Origin: a virus
Taxonomy: Duplodnaviria; Heunggongvirae; Uroviricota; Caudoviricetes
Length of the DNA stretch: 64,000 bases
Virus record (IMG/VR): IMGVR_UViG_3300035698_035307
Span: 87,521-151,520 of that record
Reading direction: 5' to 3' (one strand)
In this document: piece by piece, positions 40,011 through 50,280 of the stretch
How the letters are laid out: each line of letters opens with the position of its first letter
How positions within the stretch are numbered: position 1 is the first letter of the stretch
Program-made: the position numbers and the translations under genes
The notes under the pieces: generated by a model
What the model was told of the DNA's origin: nothing
The model's database searches: none
Seen by the model: only the letters and a program-made list of their open reading frames with translations

Positions 40011-43000
40011 TTATCCGATAATTACTACTCTATAGTCATCACCTATAGTTGTTGCTGCAGCAAATTTAACAGTTACTGAAGTAGTTGATGTTCTTTCAAC
40101 TGTAACACCTTTAGTATCATACGGTGAATTTGCATCGTAAACTTGTACAATAACGTCTCTTGTATCTAATGTATGGTTGATAACGTATGTTGCAACAGCA
40201 TCAGAACCTGTAATAGTTCCGACTTGCTTAAGAGCATTTCCTGTAGCATCTACTGCAACCCATTTATCATCAGCAGATGAGAATTGTAATATCTGACCGT
40301 CTGTAGGTTCTCCTGTATTTAAAAGCACATCAGTTAAGTCTGCAAGTGTTCCACCAAATAAATCACCTGTTAAAGCAATTGTTCCTTCAGCATCAGGAAA
40401 CCTAATAATTCTATCAGCTGTAAGTGCTACACTTTCATATTGTGCATAGAAACCGTTATTACGCATGAAAAAATTGTTAGCACCGTAACTTGACTTATCC
40501 ACAGAAGAACCTAATTCGTCTGTAAAAAGCAAACCTTCTTCAGGACTAAGCGTTACTCCCCAAGCTTCAGCAGGACTACGGAACACCAGATGAGTGTTAT
40601 ATAAATTATAATAATTATCAATGTCATTGTAAGAGATTGGAGCATTAACATCAATAACATCACTAAGGTTCATAACTACACCATCACCTGATTCTAACTT
40701 TATTTCACCATCCGCTTGTATATTAATATCACCATCATTATTTTCAATCCTTAGAATAGCCCCTAAACTTTTAATCAAGGAACTTGAATCTAGTACAATT
40801 GAGTTAGTACCCATGTAAATATTACCAGTCATTGTACCACCTGCTAAAGGTAAGTATACGCCAGAAGGGTCAATAATATCACTAAGTAAAGCTACTGTCC
40901 CTGTTGCATCTGGAAAAGTCCATGTTCTTTCAGCTGCAATAGTTGTCATCTTTATTATACCTTGTAAAGTGCTTGTGTTATTCTGTAGTTGTATATGCGA
41001 TTCAGTACCAGATGTCAATAGCTGTATTTTAGTTTTCTGTACACCATCATTAATAGTGAGACCATCTTGTGAAATTTTAGTGTATATACCTGCGTTATTT
41101 CCACCTTGAAGATTAATTTCAGTATCAGCTTTGATTACCATAGCACTTCCATATTCTACATCTATAGAATTACTAGCATTCCAGTATATTCTCCCTGCAT
41201 TAAAATTAGAACCATCTAAAATAAGGTCGTTAGCTTGCATGTCAATATCGCCTGCCATTGTACCACCTGCTAAAAGTAAATAAACTCCTGTTGGGTCAAT
41301 GATATCTGAAGTTAAAGCAATAGTACCAGTTACATCAGGGAAAGTCCAGGTTCTATTAGCTGTGAAAGTAGGAGCTGTTAATGCGCCATTATATAAACCT
41401 TGATTTAAGTGCACTTCAGCATCAAAATAATGTGAACCTTGTGATGTTATTCTCTGTGCACTTGCTAAAACTAACTCTTCATCAGTTGCATTTATTAAAA
41501 TACCTTTACCATTATTATTACTTTGAATCACAAGGTCTGTAGTACCTTCATAAATAGTCGACGTACCACCAAAGCCGATAAAATCACCATTAGTAATATA
41601 AATGGCTGTACCTCCTGTTGTATTACCTAAAGCTAAAACTTCAGCTAAAGTATCAGCAGCTTGAACATCACTTAAATAAGCTATTGTATTACCATCATAA
41701 TCTAAATGACCATCTGTAATCTCAGTAAATGTAGTAACCTCTGAAGTAAGTGCTAATGTACCTGCTTTATTATGAGGTAAATATACTATGTAACTAGTGT
41801 CTGTTAACGGGTTAATTGTTAATGATGTTTTTGCATCTGTAATATATGGTTCGTAAAACTCAATTACAGGAGTTTCACTTCTTAATGTAATTATACCACC
41901 GTCAAATTCAAAAGTATCTGATATTGTTAAAGTTCTACCGTCGCCTGATTGTATTTTAATACCACCTTCTCCGAATAATTGTAAATCGTTATCAGGTGTA
42001 CCAAGACCTATATAACTATCACCACCAGCAAATAGTATTCTATCTGTAGTTGTCATTTCAATATCATTACCCTCAGTTGAATTATCTACACTTAAAACTT
42101 GTTCAAGGCTAGGTGTTGCTGGCGCAAGACCATCTACGTATTCTTTATCTACTAAACTTCTGTTTGTATAGTTAGCTGAATAATCTGCAAAATATTCAAA
42201 ACCAGAACCTGCCGCTCTCCAATCTCTAAATACTGAATATCCATATGAATTAAATTGATATCCTGTCCCGATTTCAATATGTGTATTACCTGAACCTTGG
42301 ATATTTGTATAAGTACCCATACTGATACCGAAACCGGCTGAGTTATTAATATTAATTGTTTCAGCATTTAATTCAAATACACTTCCAACTGTAATACCTG
42401 TAAGACTTACAACTGTAAAGCTGCCACCTAATGTAATATTATCAAGAGTCTTAGTTAAACCATTGGATGCAGTAGTTGAATCTGTAATATCAGTTAAATA
42501 AGCTATTGTATTACCATCATATTCTAAATGACCGTCTGTGATTTCTGTAAATGTAGTTACGTCATCTAATAGAGCCAATGTACCATTTTTATCAGGAACT
42601 TGATAAGTCCTATCATATGTTAACGAATTATTATCTGCCCATACACTTCCTGTGAACCCAGATGTTAAATCTTTTGTTCCTAACCAAGCTGCTATAACTC
42701 CTGATGAAAAGAAAGCTTCACCACCATCGAAGAAATATTGCGAACCATCTAATGAAAAGTTTAAATTGTCACCACTATTAAATAAATCAATGTTCCAACC
42801 GCTTCTTCCCCAGTCATTAGTACCATTATAAATTCCATTTGATGTATCGAATATGATTGCGTCTCCGCTTGAGATTGCAATATCATAACCTCCTGTAGTA
42901 TTTCCTTGAGCTAATGTAGCGTTTAAACCTTCTGCTGGTATAACATCACTTAAATAAGCTATAGTTTCTCCAGTATTATCATAAACAATATGACCATCAG

Positions 43001-43580
43001 TAAGTTCTGTAAATCCAGCACCAACTAAATTATCTACATATGCTTTATCAACTAAACTTCTAGCTGTAAAGTTAGCTGAATAGTCGTTTTGATATGTAGC
43101 TCCAGCGAAACCTACATGTGTCCCTAAGATTCTAAATTCAATATCTGATATTAATAAACCATTAGCACCTGAAGCATCTGCATGTTGTAAAACTATAGAT
43201 GTTATTCCTGGGCCCATTGGTGTATTTAAACTAATTGTACTTCCAATTGTTGTTCCTATACCAAATGCAAAACCACCAGTATCTATAGTTGTCTGTTCAG
43301 TTAAAGAACCACCTAATTTAATATCATCAAGAGTCTTAGTTAAACCGTTAGAAGCTGTTGTAGCATCTATGACATCACTTAAATAAGCTATAGTCTCACC
43401 GTTATGACCTAAACGACCATCCGTAAGTTCGAATAAAAATTCAATTGGAGTTTCAAGTCCATTGTCATCAATTTTAGTTAAAATGCCTGCTGCATTAAAA
43501 TATAAGCTTCTGAATCCTAACGGAGTTGCGATAGGGTTGCTCAATAAGCTCTGGGCTCTTTGTGAATATTGTCTTTTCAT
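40011..43580 (-). CDS. Long tail fibre protein with repeated ...TDGHLEYDGNTIAYLSDV... modules (1189 aa).
   Basis: At least six copies of the motif (G)ETIAYL(S/T)D(V/I). Three copies of DYSANFTARSLVDKAYVD-like motifs are shared with the neighbouring 1424-aa gene. Confidence 0.6.
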   Translation of the reverse strand: MKRQYSQRAQSLLSNPIATPLGFRSLYFNAAGILTKIDDNGLETPIEFLFELTDGRLGHNGETIAYLSDVIDATTASNGLTKTLDDIKLGGSLTEQTTIDTGGFAFGIGTTIGSTISLNTPMGPGITSIVLQHADASGANGLLISDIEFRILGTHVGFAGATYQNDYSANFTARSLVDKAYVDNLVGAGFTELTDGHIVYDNTGETIAYLSDVIPAEGLNATLAQGNTTGGYDIAISSGDAIIFDTSNGIYNGTNDWGRSGWNIDLFNSGDNLNFSLDGSQYFFDGGEAFFSSGVIAAWLGTKDLTSGFTGSVWADNNSLTYDRTYQVPDKNGTLALLDDVTTFTEITDGHLEYDGNTIAYLTDITDSTTASNGLTKTLDNITLGGSFTVVSLTGITVGSVFELNAETININNSAGFGISMGTYTNIQGSGNTHIEIGTGYQFNSYGYSVFRDWRAAGSGFEYFADYSANYTNRSLVDKEYVDGLAPATPSLEQVLSVDNSTEGNDIEMTTTDRILFAGGDSYIGLGTPDNDLQLFGEGGIKIQSGDGRTLTISDTFEFDGGIITLRSETPVIEFYEPYITDAKTSLTINPLTDTSYIVYLPHNKAGTLALTSEVTTFTEITDGHLDYDGNTIAYLSDVQAADTLAEVLALGNTTGGTAIYITNGDFIGFGGTSTIYEGTTDLVIQSNNNGKGILINATDEELVLASAQRITSQGSHYFDAEVHLNQGLYNGALTAPTFTANRTWTFPDVTGTIALTSDIIDPTGVYLLLAGGTMAGDIDMQANDLILDGSNFNAGRIYWNASNSIDVEYGSAMVIKADTEINLQGGNNAGIYTKISQDGLTINDGVQKTKIQLLTSGTESHIQLQNNTSTLQGIIKMTTIAAERTWTFPDATGTVALLSDIIDPSGVYLPLAGGTMTGNIYMGTNSIVLDSSSLIKSLGAILRIENNDGDINIQADGEIKLESGDGVVMNLSDVIDVNAPISYNDIDNYYNLYNTHLVFRSPAEAWGVTLSPEEGLLFTDELGSSVDKSSYGANNFFMRNNGFYAQYESVALTADRIIRFPDAEGTIALTGDLFGGTLADLTDVLLNTGEPTDGQILQFSSADDKWVAVDATGNALKQVGTITGSDAVATYVINHTLDTRDVIVQVYDANSPYDTKGVTVERTSTTSVTVKFAAATTIGDDYRVVIIG

Positions 43581-43639
43581 TATATTTAAACATTTTATTT
43601 AATGTGCCAACCTATTGGCTTCGGTATTCTATATATCTG

Positions 43640-46600
43640 TTATCCAATTACAGTTACGGTAACTGCTCCGATTACTGCTGATGAATTAATTGTAATACTA
43701 TTGATTGATGTACGTACAATGTCAATATCAACTTCTGAGTCATCTGATTCATCCATAACTGATACTATAATTGCTTTAGTTCCTAAATTATGAGTTACTA
43801 CATTTGCACCGATTGATATTGCAAATCCTGTTACAGTATACTTATTAACGATATCGCTTAAGTAAGCTATTGTTTCGCCATTATATTCTAAATGACCATC
43901 TGTAATTTCAGTAATTCCTAAAGCTGATAAATCTAGCGTAGACCATTCTGCTAAACCATTACCATCTATATCTGTTAATACTTTTCCTATTCCGGTTGTC
44001 CTTCCATCGTCGAATTGGCCAATATAACTAGTTCCTGCACCTACGTTTCCAGTTATTACAGTTATACCAATATTGTTAGAACTATTAGATTGTTGTAATC
44101 TTGTATAAAAACCATAGTTAGGTGCTGATGTGTTTTCAGACATTGCAACTATACCATAACCTGCTCCACCAGAAACTGAAGGTAAACCATCTATTTGATT
44201 ATAACTACCTGTTCCAATTATACCGATATTCATATTAGTAGATTGGCCTGCTTGGCCAACTATACCCATATTTCTACCTGAATGTACTCCACTTGAATAT
44301 GAACGTATACCTGCAGAAACTGTTGTAAGTGTATTAACTGCATCTATAGCATAAGTTAATATATTTGTTGAAACCTTTAAAGTTGCAACTCCTGTTGCAG
44401 GTGCAGCTCCGATTCCTACGTTATCACCATCATCACGAATCATACCATATTCTAATGCATCTTCTCCTACATTAACTTTAAGAAGATAATCTGCATATCC
44501 AGTATAATCGTTTGGAGTATCTGTAAGTTCAGTAAATTCGTTTGCAGTTAAAACTGCGTTATCAACATATTCTTTATCAACTAAAGTCCTAGCTGTAAAG
44601 TTAGCAGAATAGTCATCTGCGTAATCTAGGCCTTTACTGTAAATATCATCTTTAAACACTTGACTTAAAGCAGTCTGTGAAAGATAAAGGCCTGCTTCTA
44701 CTCCTGAACTTACTTTAGTATAGATTTGGCCACCAGTATTGGCAATTAAAATACCAGTATTAGGGTACCCAGTTGAATTGTCTCTTTGTGCTATTGATAT
44801 TTGACCGCCGTTTAACCAAAACTCACTACGATCAGTACCGCTTATAGTTCTAAGTCTAACTAAGCCTGCCATATTATCTGCAGTAGCATCTACATTTAAA
44901 ACATCTTCCCATGAAGGTGTTGCAGGAACTACTGGTATATCTGTTAAATAAGCTATCGTATTACTATTGTATTCTAAATGACCATCTGTAATTTCAGTAA
45001 ATGTAGTTACGTCATCCAATAGAGCAAGTGTACCTGTTGCTGCTTGCATTGTTTGGAACCAAGGTCCTCCTGATGTAGGGAATAATATTGAAGCTGTATT
45101 AGAACTATCAGCTCTACGTATACTTCCTGTACCAAAATGCCATTGTACAGGTGCTGTTGTGATACTGTTAATAAGAACTATCTCAGAACCTGCTGTATTA
45201 AGTACTAAATTAGAACTTGATTGTGCAATGAAGCTTTGATTAGTAGCACCAAAGTATAATTGGTCAGTACCCATTTCAATATCTGTACCACCTGATGTGT
45301 TACCATTTGAAAGAACAGTAGCTAAAGTTGATATGCCACTATTTATAGATGGTTCCCATTTACCTGAAATACTATTATACTTAAGTACTTGGTCATTCTG
45401 TGGGTCACCTGTAGCAAACTGAACATCACTTAAGTCTTCTATAGATGCAGCTACATCTGAAAATTCAAGGGCAGTTTCACCTGCATTAACTCTTACGAAT
45501 TTAAGAGATTCTCCTGCATATGATGAAGGTGAATCAGTTAATGTTAAGAATGAAGTTACTGCAGAGTTAGTTGCAGGGGCCCAAAAACCACCTGATTGCC
45601 ATACAAGTACTTGACCTGTTGTAGGCGCAACTCCTGCGTTATAATCGTATACGTCTAATAGTTCGTATGCATAATCTTTAATCTGTGAAGCTAATGCAAA
45701 TGCAGGATAATCAAAAACTTTATCCCAATTTACATAACTTGCTACACCTGTTGAACCAAGTGCAGTCTGTGTATAATATAATGAATCTAAAGCACCACCA
45801 TCTAAATCAGCTTGTGAATATAAGCCAACATCAGATGCTATGCCATTAATCCAAAGTTGTGTTGCAAAATCAAAATATAATAAACTTTTATCTACTGGTG
45901 GTGAACCTGTTGTACTAACTTCAACATCAATAAGACTATTTAAACTTAAGTTGTTAGCAATTGCAAACAATTCATCAGCTGGTCTATTTCTCCAAGCTAA
46001 GTTAATACCATCCCATATAAGAACGTTAGGCATTATACCGTTTGTTCCAGGTGCTAATACACCGCCATTATTAAAATCTAATGGATTGACAAGTACATCT
46101 AACATATCTGAATTGACACGAAGTGTAACGTCTCCTGTTTTACCAGCTACTGTATTTACAGGTGCTGTAACATCTAATACGATATTGAATTTAGTACCTG
46201 AATCTACAATTGTGTAATCAACTACTGAATTTCCAGTTGCACCTTCTATGAAGTTTATAATATCTCTTTTGAATGCACTTACTGCTACACCACCTGCTTC
46301 CATGTTGATACCAGATTCTGCTAGAGAATTAAAAGTAACATCGTATCTATTATTCCCAATGTCTTCAGTAACAGTTATATCAATCTCAGTACCTTCAATG
46401 AAGTTTATAATTGGTTGGCTTGTTCCAATCTCAGTATTATTAAGACCTGCAGTTATCATCTGTCTAATAGAATCAGCAGTTTGAGCTATAGTAAATGTAC
46501 TACCTGCTCCTGCATCTGTAAAATTAATACCTAGTCCTGCTGTTATAGCACGTTCTGAACCTAGATAAGTATCGTTAGTTAATGTTAAGAATGTAGAATT

Positions 46601-47914
46601 AGCGATTGCCATTAAAGCATCACTTAAACCAACTACATCGGCAGATATTGAAATATAATCACTACCTGTTGTTTGGGCTATATCAAATACAAGAGTAGAT
46701 GTATCTACAAAATCAATATTTGAATAAGAACCTTGTAATAATGAATTGTCCCAAATAGTAACTTGTTGAATATTACTTCTATCGACAACTGATAGTGTCA
46801 TATTAGCTGTTGCGCCACCATCTGCTACATTAATTGTAGTATCACTTGAAAGAACTCTATAATTACTAAGAGGTGTTCCTACTGGTGTAACTGCTAATAA
46901 AAAAGGTTCATCATCAGGTACACCAGTTGGAGCTCCTGTAATGTTATTCCAATTTACTGATGCACCACCTGAGGTTTGTAAATTCGTTTGTGTATAATAT
47001 AATGAGTCATGGTTATGTTGTAATGGTGAACTAAGTCCTGTAGTAGAATTAGCTACTACACTTATATTAATCCAATTACTTCCATCAAATGTTAAGAATT
47101 GTCTAAGACTCGGTGCAGATATAGTAACATCAGTATGGTCGCCTAAAGCATGTGCACCAACAGAAGCTGATGAATTTTCCCATCTTTGAGTTCCTGAGTT
47201 ATATTGTAAAATGTCTTCATCTGCTAAAGATGAAATTAAAACATCTGAAATTTGAGTAATATTACTTAAAGAAGATGCTACATTAGAAATATAGTGTTGA
47301 TGTACGTCATAGTTACTTTTAAATGCAGCTAAATCGACACCATCAACTAAACCACCTACAGTAATAGAACCACTTATCCATGCTCCACCTTGTACCTGAA
47401 GCTTATCAGAACTCCAAGGTGTAGATGTACCAATTAAAACAGTGTCATTGTAATAAATTTCACTACCACCTGAAATTAATTGCCAAGGAGTTGCTACTCC
47501 AGAAATTACATCAATACGTGCAGTACTGCCTACCATCGTTACCTCAAGATTATTACCAAAGTCTAAAAGTATCGCAGCTGTTGGTAGTAAACCTGTATCA
47601 TCATCCTTGACAGCTACTTCACCTGTAAGTGATTGAGCACCAATTGGGTCCCATTTTGAAATATCAAATATGACACTTGGGTCATGGTTTACTGAAGCTC
47701 TCCACCATGATAATGCATATGCTGATGAGCCAGTTGCTACGCCAGTTACAGAAATATCTTCTTCTGCAATATAGACAATCATTCCTTCTTTGTACTTACG
47801 TAACGGCGACCACGAATTTGCAACGTATTGCTGGTTCTGGTCTAATTCTAAATGAGTTAATTCACTTAGTAATTCTGTACGCAATTTAAGTTTTTCTGGT
47901 AATATTATTGACAT
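43640..47914 (-). CDS. Long tail fibre protein (1424 aa), paralogous modules with 40011..43580.
   Basis: Contains FTEITDGHLEYNSNTIAYLTDIP, ITEITDGHLEYNGETIAYLSDIV and DYSANFTARTLVDKEYVDNAV, matching motifs in the preceding fibre. Confidence 0.6.
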   Translation of the reverse strand: MSIILPEKLKLRTELLSELTHLELDQNQQYVANSWSPLRKYKEGMIVYIAEEDISVTGVATGSSAYALSWWRASVNHDPSVIFDISKWDPIGAQSLTGEVAVKDDDTGLLPTAAILLDFGNNLEVTMVGSTARIDVISGVATPWQLISGGSEIYYNDTVLIGTSTPWSSDKLQVQGGAWISGSITVGGLVDGVDLAAFKSNYDVHQHYISNVASSLSNITQISDVLISSLADEDILQYNSGTQRWENSSASVGAHALGDHTDVTISAPSLRQFLTFDGSNWINISVVANSTTGLSSPLQHNHDSLYYTQTNLQTSGGASVNWNNITGAPTGVPDDEPFLLAVTPVGTPLSNYRVLSSDTTINVADGGATANMTLSVVDRSNIQQVTIWDNSLLQGSYSNIDFVDTSTLVFDIAQTTGSDYISISADVVGLSDALMAIANSTFLTLTNDTYLGSERAITAGLGINFTDAGAGSTFTIAQTADSIRQMITAGLNNTEIGTSQPIINFIEGTEIDITVTEDIGNNRYDVTFNSLAESGINMEAGGVAVSAFKRDIINFIEGATGNSVVDYTIVDSGTKFNIVLDVTAPVNTVAGKTGDVTLRVNSDMLDVLVNPLDFNNGGVLAPGTNGIMPNVLIWDGINLAWRNRPADELFAIANNLSLNSLIDVEVSTTGSPPVDKSLLYFDFATQLWINGIASDVGLYSQADLDGGALDSLYYTQTALGSTGVASYVNWDKVFDYPAFALASQIKDYAYELLDVYDYNAGVAPTTGQVLVWQSGGFWAPATNSAVTSFLTLTDSPSSYAGESLKFVRVNAGETALEFSDVAASIEDLSDVQFATGDPQNDQVLKYNSISGKWEPSINSGISTLATVLSNGNTSGGTDIEMGTDQLYFGATNQSFIAQSSSNLVLNTAGSEIVLINSITTAPVQWHFGTGSIRRADSSNTASILFPTSGGPWFQTMQAATGTLALLDDVTTFTEITDGHLEYNSNTIAYLTDIPVVPATPSWEDVLNVDATADNMAGLVRLRTISGTDRSEFWLNGGQISIAQRDNSTGYPNTGILIANTGGQIYTKVSSGVEAGLYLSQTALSQVFKDDIYSKGLDYADDYSANFTARTLVDKEYVDNAVLTANEFTELTDTPNDYTGYADYLLKVNVGEDALEYGMIRDDGDNVGIGAAPATGVATLKVSTNILTYAIDAVNTLTTVSAGIRSYSSGVHSGRNMGIVGQAGQSTNMNIGIIGTGSYNQIDGLPSVSGGAGYGIVAMSENTSAPNYGFYTRLQQSNSSNNIGITVITGNVGAGTSYIGQFDDGRTTGIGKVLTDIDGNGLAEWSTLDLSALGITEITDGHLEYNGETIAYLSDIVNKYTVTGFAISIGANVVTHNLGTKAIIVSVMDESDDSEVDIDIVRTSINSITINSSAVIGAVTVTVIG

Positions 47915-47944
47915 CTTGTTTATATTATGTTTTTTTATTTATCG

Positions 47945-48652
47945 CTACAAATCGATTCGCTTTAAATATCTAGGATTTAAAACACTCAAACGTAAGCCAC
48001 TGTTAATTCTTTCTTTTACAAGAGGAAAGTACAGTTTATATAATTTGATTGATTCCGCGACATACCCAACCTTAACATAGCATAAGTCTACATAAAGGCT
48101 TGCATTCCATGATTTATATAATTGAGTTTGAATTTTCTGATAATCTGTTATGAATTTACTGATACGTTTTTTGTATCTCTCCATGTCAAGAGTTCTTGTA
48201 TTATCTCTTCTTAAATCAAAGCTTCTACCAGGAATTATTGAGAAAACATCACTGATGTCTCTACAGTTATAGATTAATTCAAATCCTAATACTGAATTTG
48301 TTAATCGGAAACTTTCAATCCCTACAAATGGACCTACTGAACATAGGCCTTCAACTGCACTTGTTTTCACAGGAGCTAATTCTTGACTAAGGATTTCACC
48401 ATTTACGGCGATTTTTCCGTATGAGGCTTTTGATTTATCTGTTGTGAAAGGATTTTTCCTTGCAGCAATGATATATTTGTACTTATTATTATAGAACAAT
48501 TCAAGCTGCTCTAAGCTGTCAAACGTTCTAAACGTAATAATACCATTATCATAGATAAAGGACAGTCTAATCTGACTAGGAGTATATCCATTTTTCTTTA
48601 AGCTGTAAAGTAAATCAATATTAAGTCGAGTACTTGCGCATTCAATAAGCAT
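47945..48652 (-). CDS. Hypothetical protein (235 aa) upstream of the fibre genes; possible fibre assembly factor.
   Basis: ORF only; preceded by the conserved 20-mer. Confidence 0.4.
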   Translation of the reverse strand: MLIECASTRLNIDLLYSLKKNGYTPSQIRLSFIYDNGIITFRTFDSLEQLELFYNNKYKYIIAARKNPFTTDKSKASYGKIAVNGEILSQELAPVKTSAVEGLCSVGPFVGIESFRLTNSVLGFELIYNCRDISDVFSIIPGRSFDLRRDNTRTLDMERYKKRISKFITDYQKIQTQLYKSWNASLYVDLCYVKVGYVAESIKLYKLYFPLVKERINSGLRLSVLNPRYLKRIDL

Positions 48653-48665
48653 TTCTTTCGCGTCA

Positions 48666-48685
48666 TTATTTTATGTATATATTCA
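48666..48685 (-). repeat. Exact 20-mer TGAATATATACATAAAATAA (minus-strand reading), copy 2, ending 13 nt upstream of the ATG at 48652.
   Basis: Identical to 22783-22802. Confidence 0.6.
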
Positions 48686-48717
48686 ACGAAATGGGGCGTA
48701 CTCAAGAAGATGGGAAT

Positions 48718-48876
48718 TTATTCGGAAAGCTTCTTTAGAATAAAGTTAATAGATTCTTCTGGACCAATAAAAGCATCACGCTTTTTATACAGATTTTTAA
48801 ACTGCTCGAGGCCTAATGATTCATACTGCTCTTTAACTTTCTCTAATTCGCTTACATAGCATTTATTAAAACTCAT
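48718..48876 (-). CDS. Possible small ORF (52 aa) in the 226-nt gap: MSFNKCYVSELEKVKEQYESLGLEQFKNLYKKRDAFIGPEESINFILKKLSE.
   Basis: ATG at 48876 and TAA at 48718-48720, read by eye; below the ORF-track length cutoff. Fills an otherwise unusually long intergenic gap. Confidence 0.25.
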   Translation of the reverse strand: MSFNKCYVSELEKVKEQYESLGLEQFKNLYKKRDAFIGPEESINFILKKLSE

Positions 48877-48878
48877 AT

Positions 48879-49337
48879 CTAAAAACTTGTTAATTCTGAA
48901 ACTTTGCCAAACTTAATACCACATGTGCCGAATATTTCGTGTAAGTGGTCAGTCTTTCTATACTCATTAATATAGTAGACATGTTTAAAGCCAGCATTAA
49001 CTAATCTCATCGCACACATTCTACATGGAGAATATGTTACAATCACAATATAATTTTCTGCATCTTTTTCATGGAATTTAGCTATCATATTCTCTTCAGC
49101 GTGAAGAAAACCAGATTTACCAGGGTCAAGAGATATTTCTTCCCCACCTGTTTCAGGATTAATAGGAGCATTTGGGTATGTTCCGTTATATCCAAAGCTT
49201 TCAACTTTAGAGAAGTCCTTTCTAAATGCTGTACAACCAACTCTCAACGTTTGCGAAACGGACAAATCAGCTATATTATTTGTAAAATCTACAAAAACTT
49301 GAAGCTTCTGTTTAAATCTTTTTTGCTTTCTTTCCAT
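48879..49337 (-). CDS. dCMP deaminase (cytidine/deoxycytidylate deaminase family), 152 aa.
   Basis: Zinc-binding motifs HAEENMI (H[AC]E) and SPCRMCA (PCxxC). Confidence 0.8.
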   Translation of the reverse strand: MERKQKRFKQKLQVFVDFTNNIADLSVSQTLRVGCTAFRKDFSKVESFGYNGTYPNAPINPETGGEEISLDPGKSGFLHAEENMIAKFHEKDAENYIVIVTYSPCRMCAMRLVNAGFKHVYYINEYRKTDHLHEIFGTCGIKFGKVSELTSF

Positions 49338-49357
49338 GTGTATTATATTACAATGAA

Positions 49358-49735
49358 CTATTTTGTTTCTTTCAATTTCAAGTATTCATCTCTTAAAAGA
49401 ACTTGAAAATCATATGTAGCTTGCTCATATACAAATGAACCTGCAGTCTTTCCGATTAATTCTTGTCTCTTAAATGCTGAGAAATATTTCCATGCATCTA
49501 AATACTTTTTGTTTTTCTTTTGGAATACGCCATACATCGTTTGGAATATAGCATCTACACCTTCTTCATCAGTTGCAGCATTTAATTCGTCATACATAAA
49601 TGCAAATAAAGCCCAGTAACGAGAATAATCTTGTAATGACAGATTAGTATATTGCTTAAAAAAATCTTTAGTTTTAGGTAAACGTTTTTCTAAAAGTTGA
49701 GGGTCTTCTAATAATTGTGTGAATGTAGGTCTCAT
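49358..49735 (-). CDS. Hypothetical protein (125 aa).
   Basis: ORF preceded by terminator and promoter-like elements. Confidence 0.4.
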   Translation of the reverse strand: MRPTFTQLLEDPQLLEKRLPKTKDFFKQYTNLSLQDYSRYWALFAFMYDELNAATDEEGVDAIFQTMYGVFQKKNKKYLDAWKYFSAFKRQELIGKTAGSFVYEQATYDFQVLLRDEYLKLKETK

Positions 49736-49752
49736 TATGTTTGATTATTTTT

Positions 49753-49764
49753 ATTATATATCCC
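49753..49764 (-). promoter_or_regulatory. Candidate promoter element GGGATATATAAT on the minus strand, 18-29 nt upstream of the ATG at 49735.
   Basis: Motif-family member immediately after the 49765-49788 terminator. Confidence 0.3.
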
Positions 49765-49788
49765 AAAAAAAGCGGCTGATAAGCCGCT
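49765..49788 (-). terminator. Rho-independent terminator, bidirectional in form.
   Basis: Stem agcggct / agccgct (49771-49777 and 49782-49788) with loop gata, A7 upstream and T-rich downstream. Lies between the 49795..50280 and 49358..49735 genes. Confidence 0.65.
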
Positions 49789-49794
49789 GTTCTT

Positions 49795-50280
49795 TTAAGG
49801 TAGCCGTGGATTCTTCCACTTGATATCAGGTATGAATGATACTGTACTTTTTAATAATACGTAAATAAGTTCCCATTCTGTATTAGGATTGAAACCAGCT
49901 TTGTCTTCGAACATTACATCGAAATACGGTTTAAGTTTATAATAACCGAACATTCCATTCTCTTCGCAGATTTCTGGATTTTCGTTAAGATATTTAAAAT
50001 TGATACCGTCTTTCTTAAATAGTTCATCGTATCCTTTTAATTCTTCAGGATAAGAACTTGTAAATATTATCGTTCTAATATCTTGCCTATTAGTTAATAT
50101 TTGTAGGACTTCTTTTGCATATGGGTAATATACAACTTCGCAGTTACCTCTTCTATGATTAGGTTCTATTATTGTTCCGTGCAAGTCGAAGAGCCAAAAT
50201 GATTCATACCATTTATTCCGATGTTGCCTAGCCCATTGCTTTTGTATTACGTCTACTAACATATTATAACATATTTTCAA
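49795..50280 (-). CDS. HAD-like hydrolase / nucleotidase candidate (161 aa).
   Basis: N-terminal ...FWLFDLHGTII... resembles HAD motif I (DxDGT), but the second Asp is replaced by His. Sits in the nucleotide-metabolism neighbourhood. Weak call. Confidence 0.25.
   Translation of the reverse strand: MKICYNMLVDVIQKQWARQHRNKWYESFWLFDLHGTIIEPNHRRGNCEVVYYPYAKEVLQILTNRQDIRTIIFTSSYPEELKGYDELFKKDGINFKYLNENPEICEENGMFGYYKLKPYFDVMFEDKAGFNPNTEWELIYVLLKSTVSFIPDIKWKNPRLP

Noticed and set aside
42152-42367. 71-aa minus-strand ORF nested within the 1189-aa fibre gene
   Set aside because: Embedded in another frame of a well-supported long ORF.
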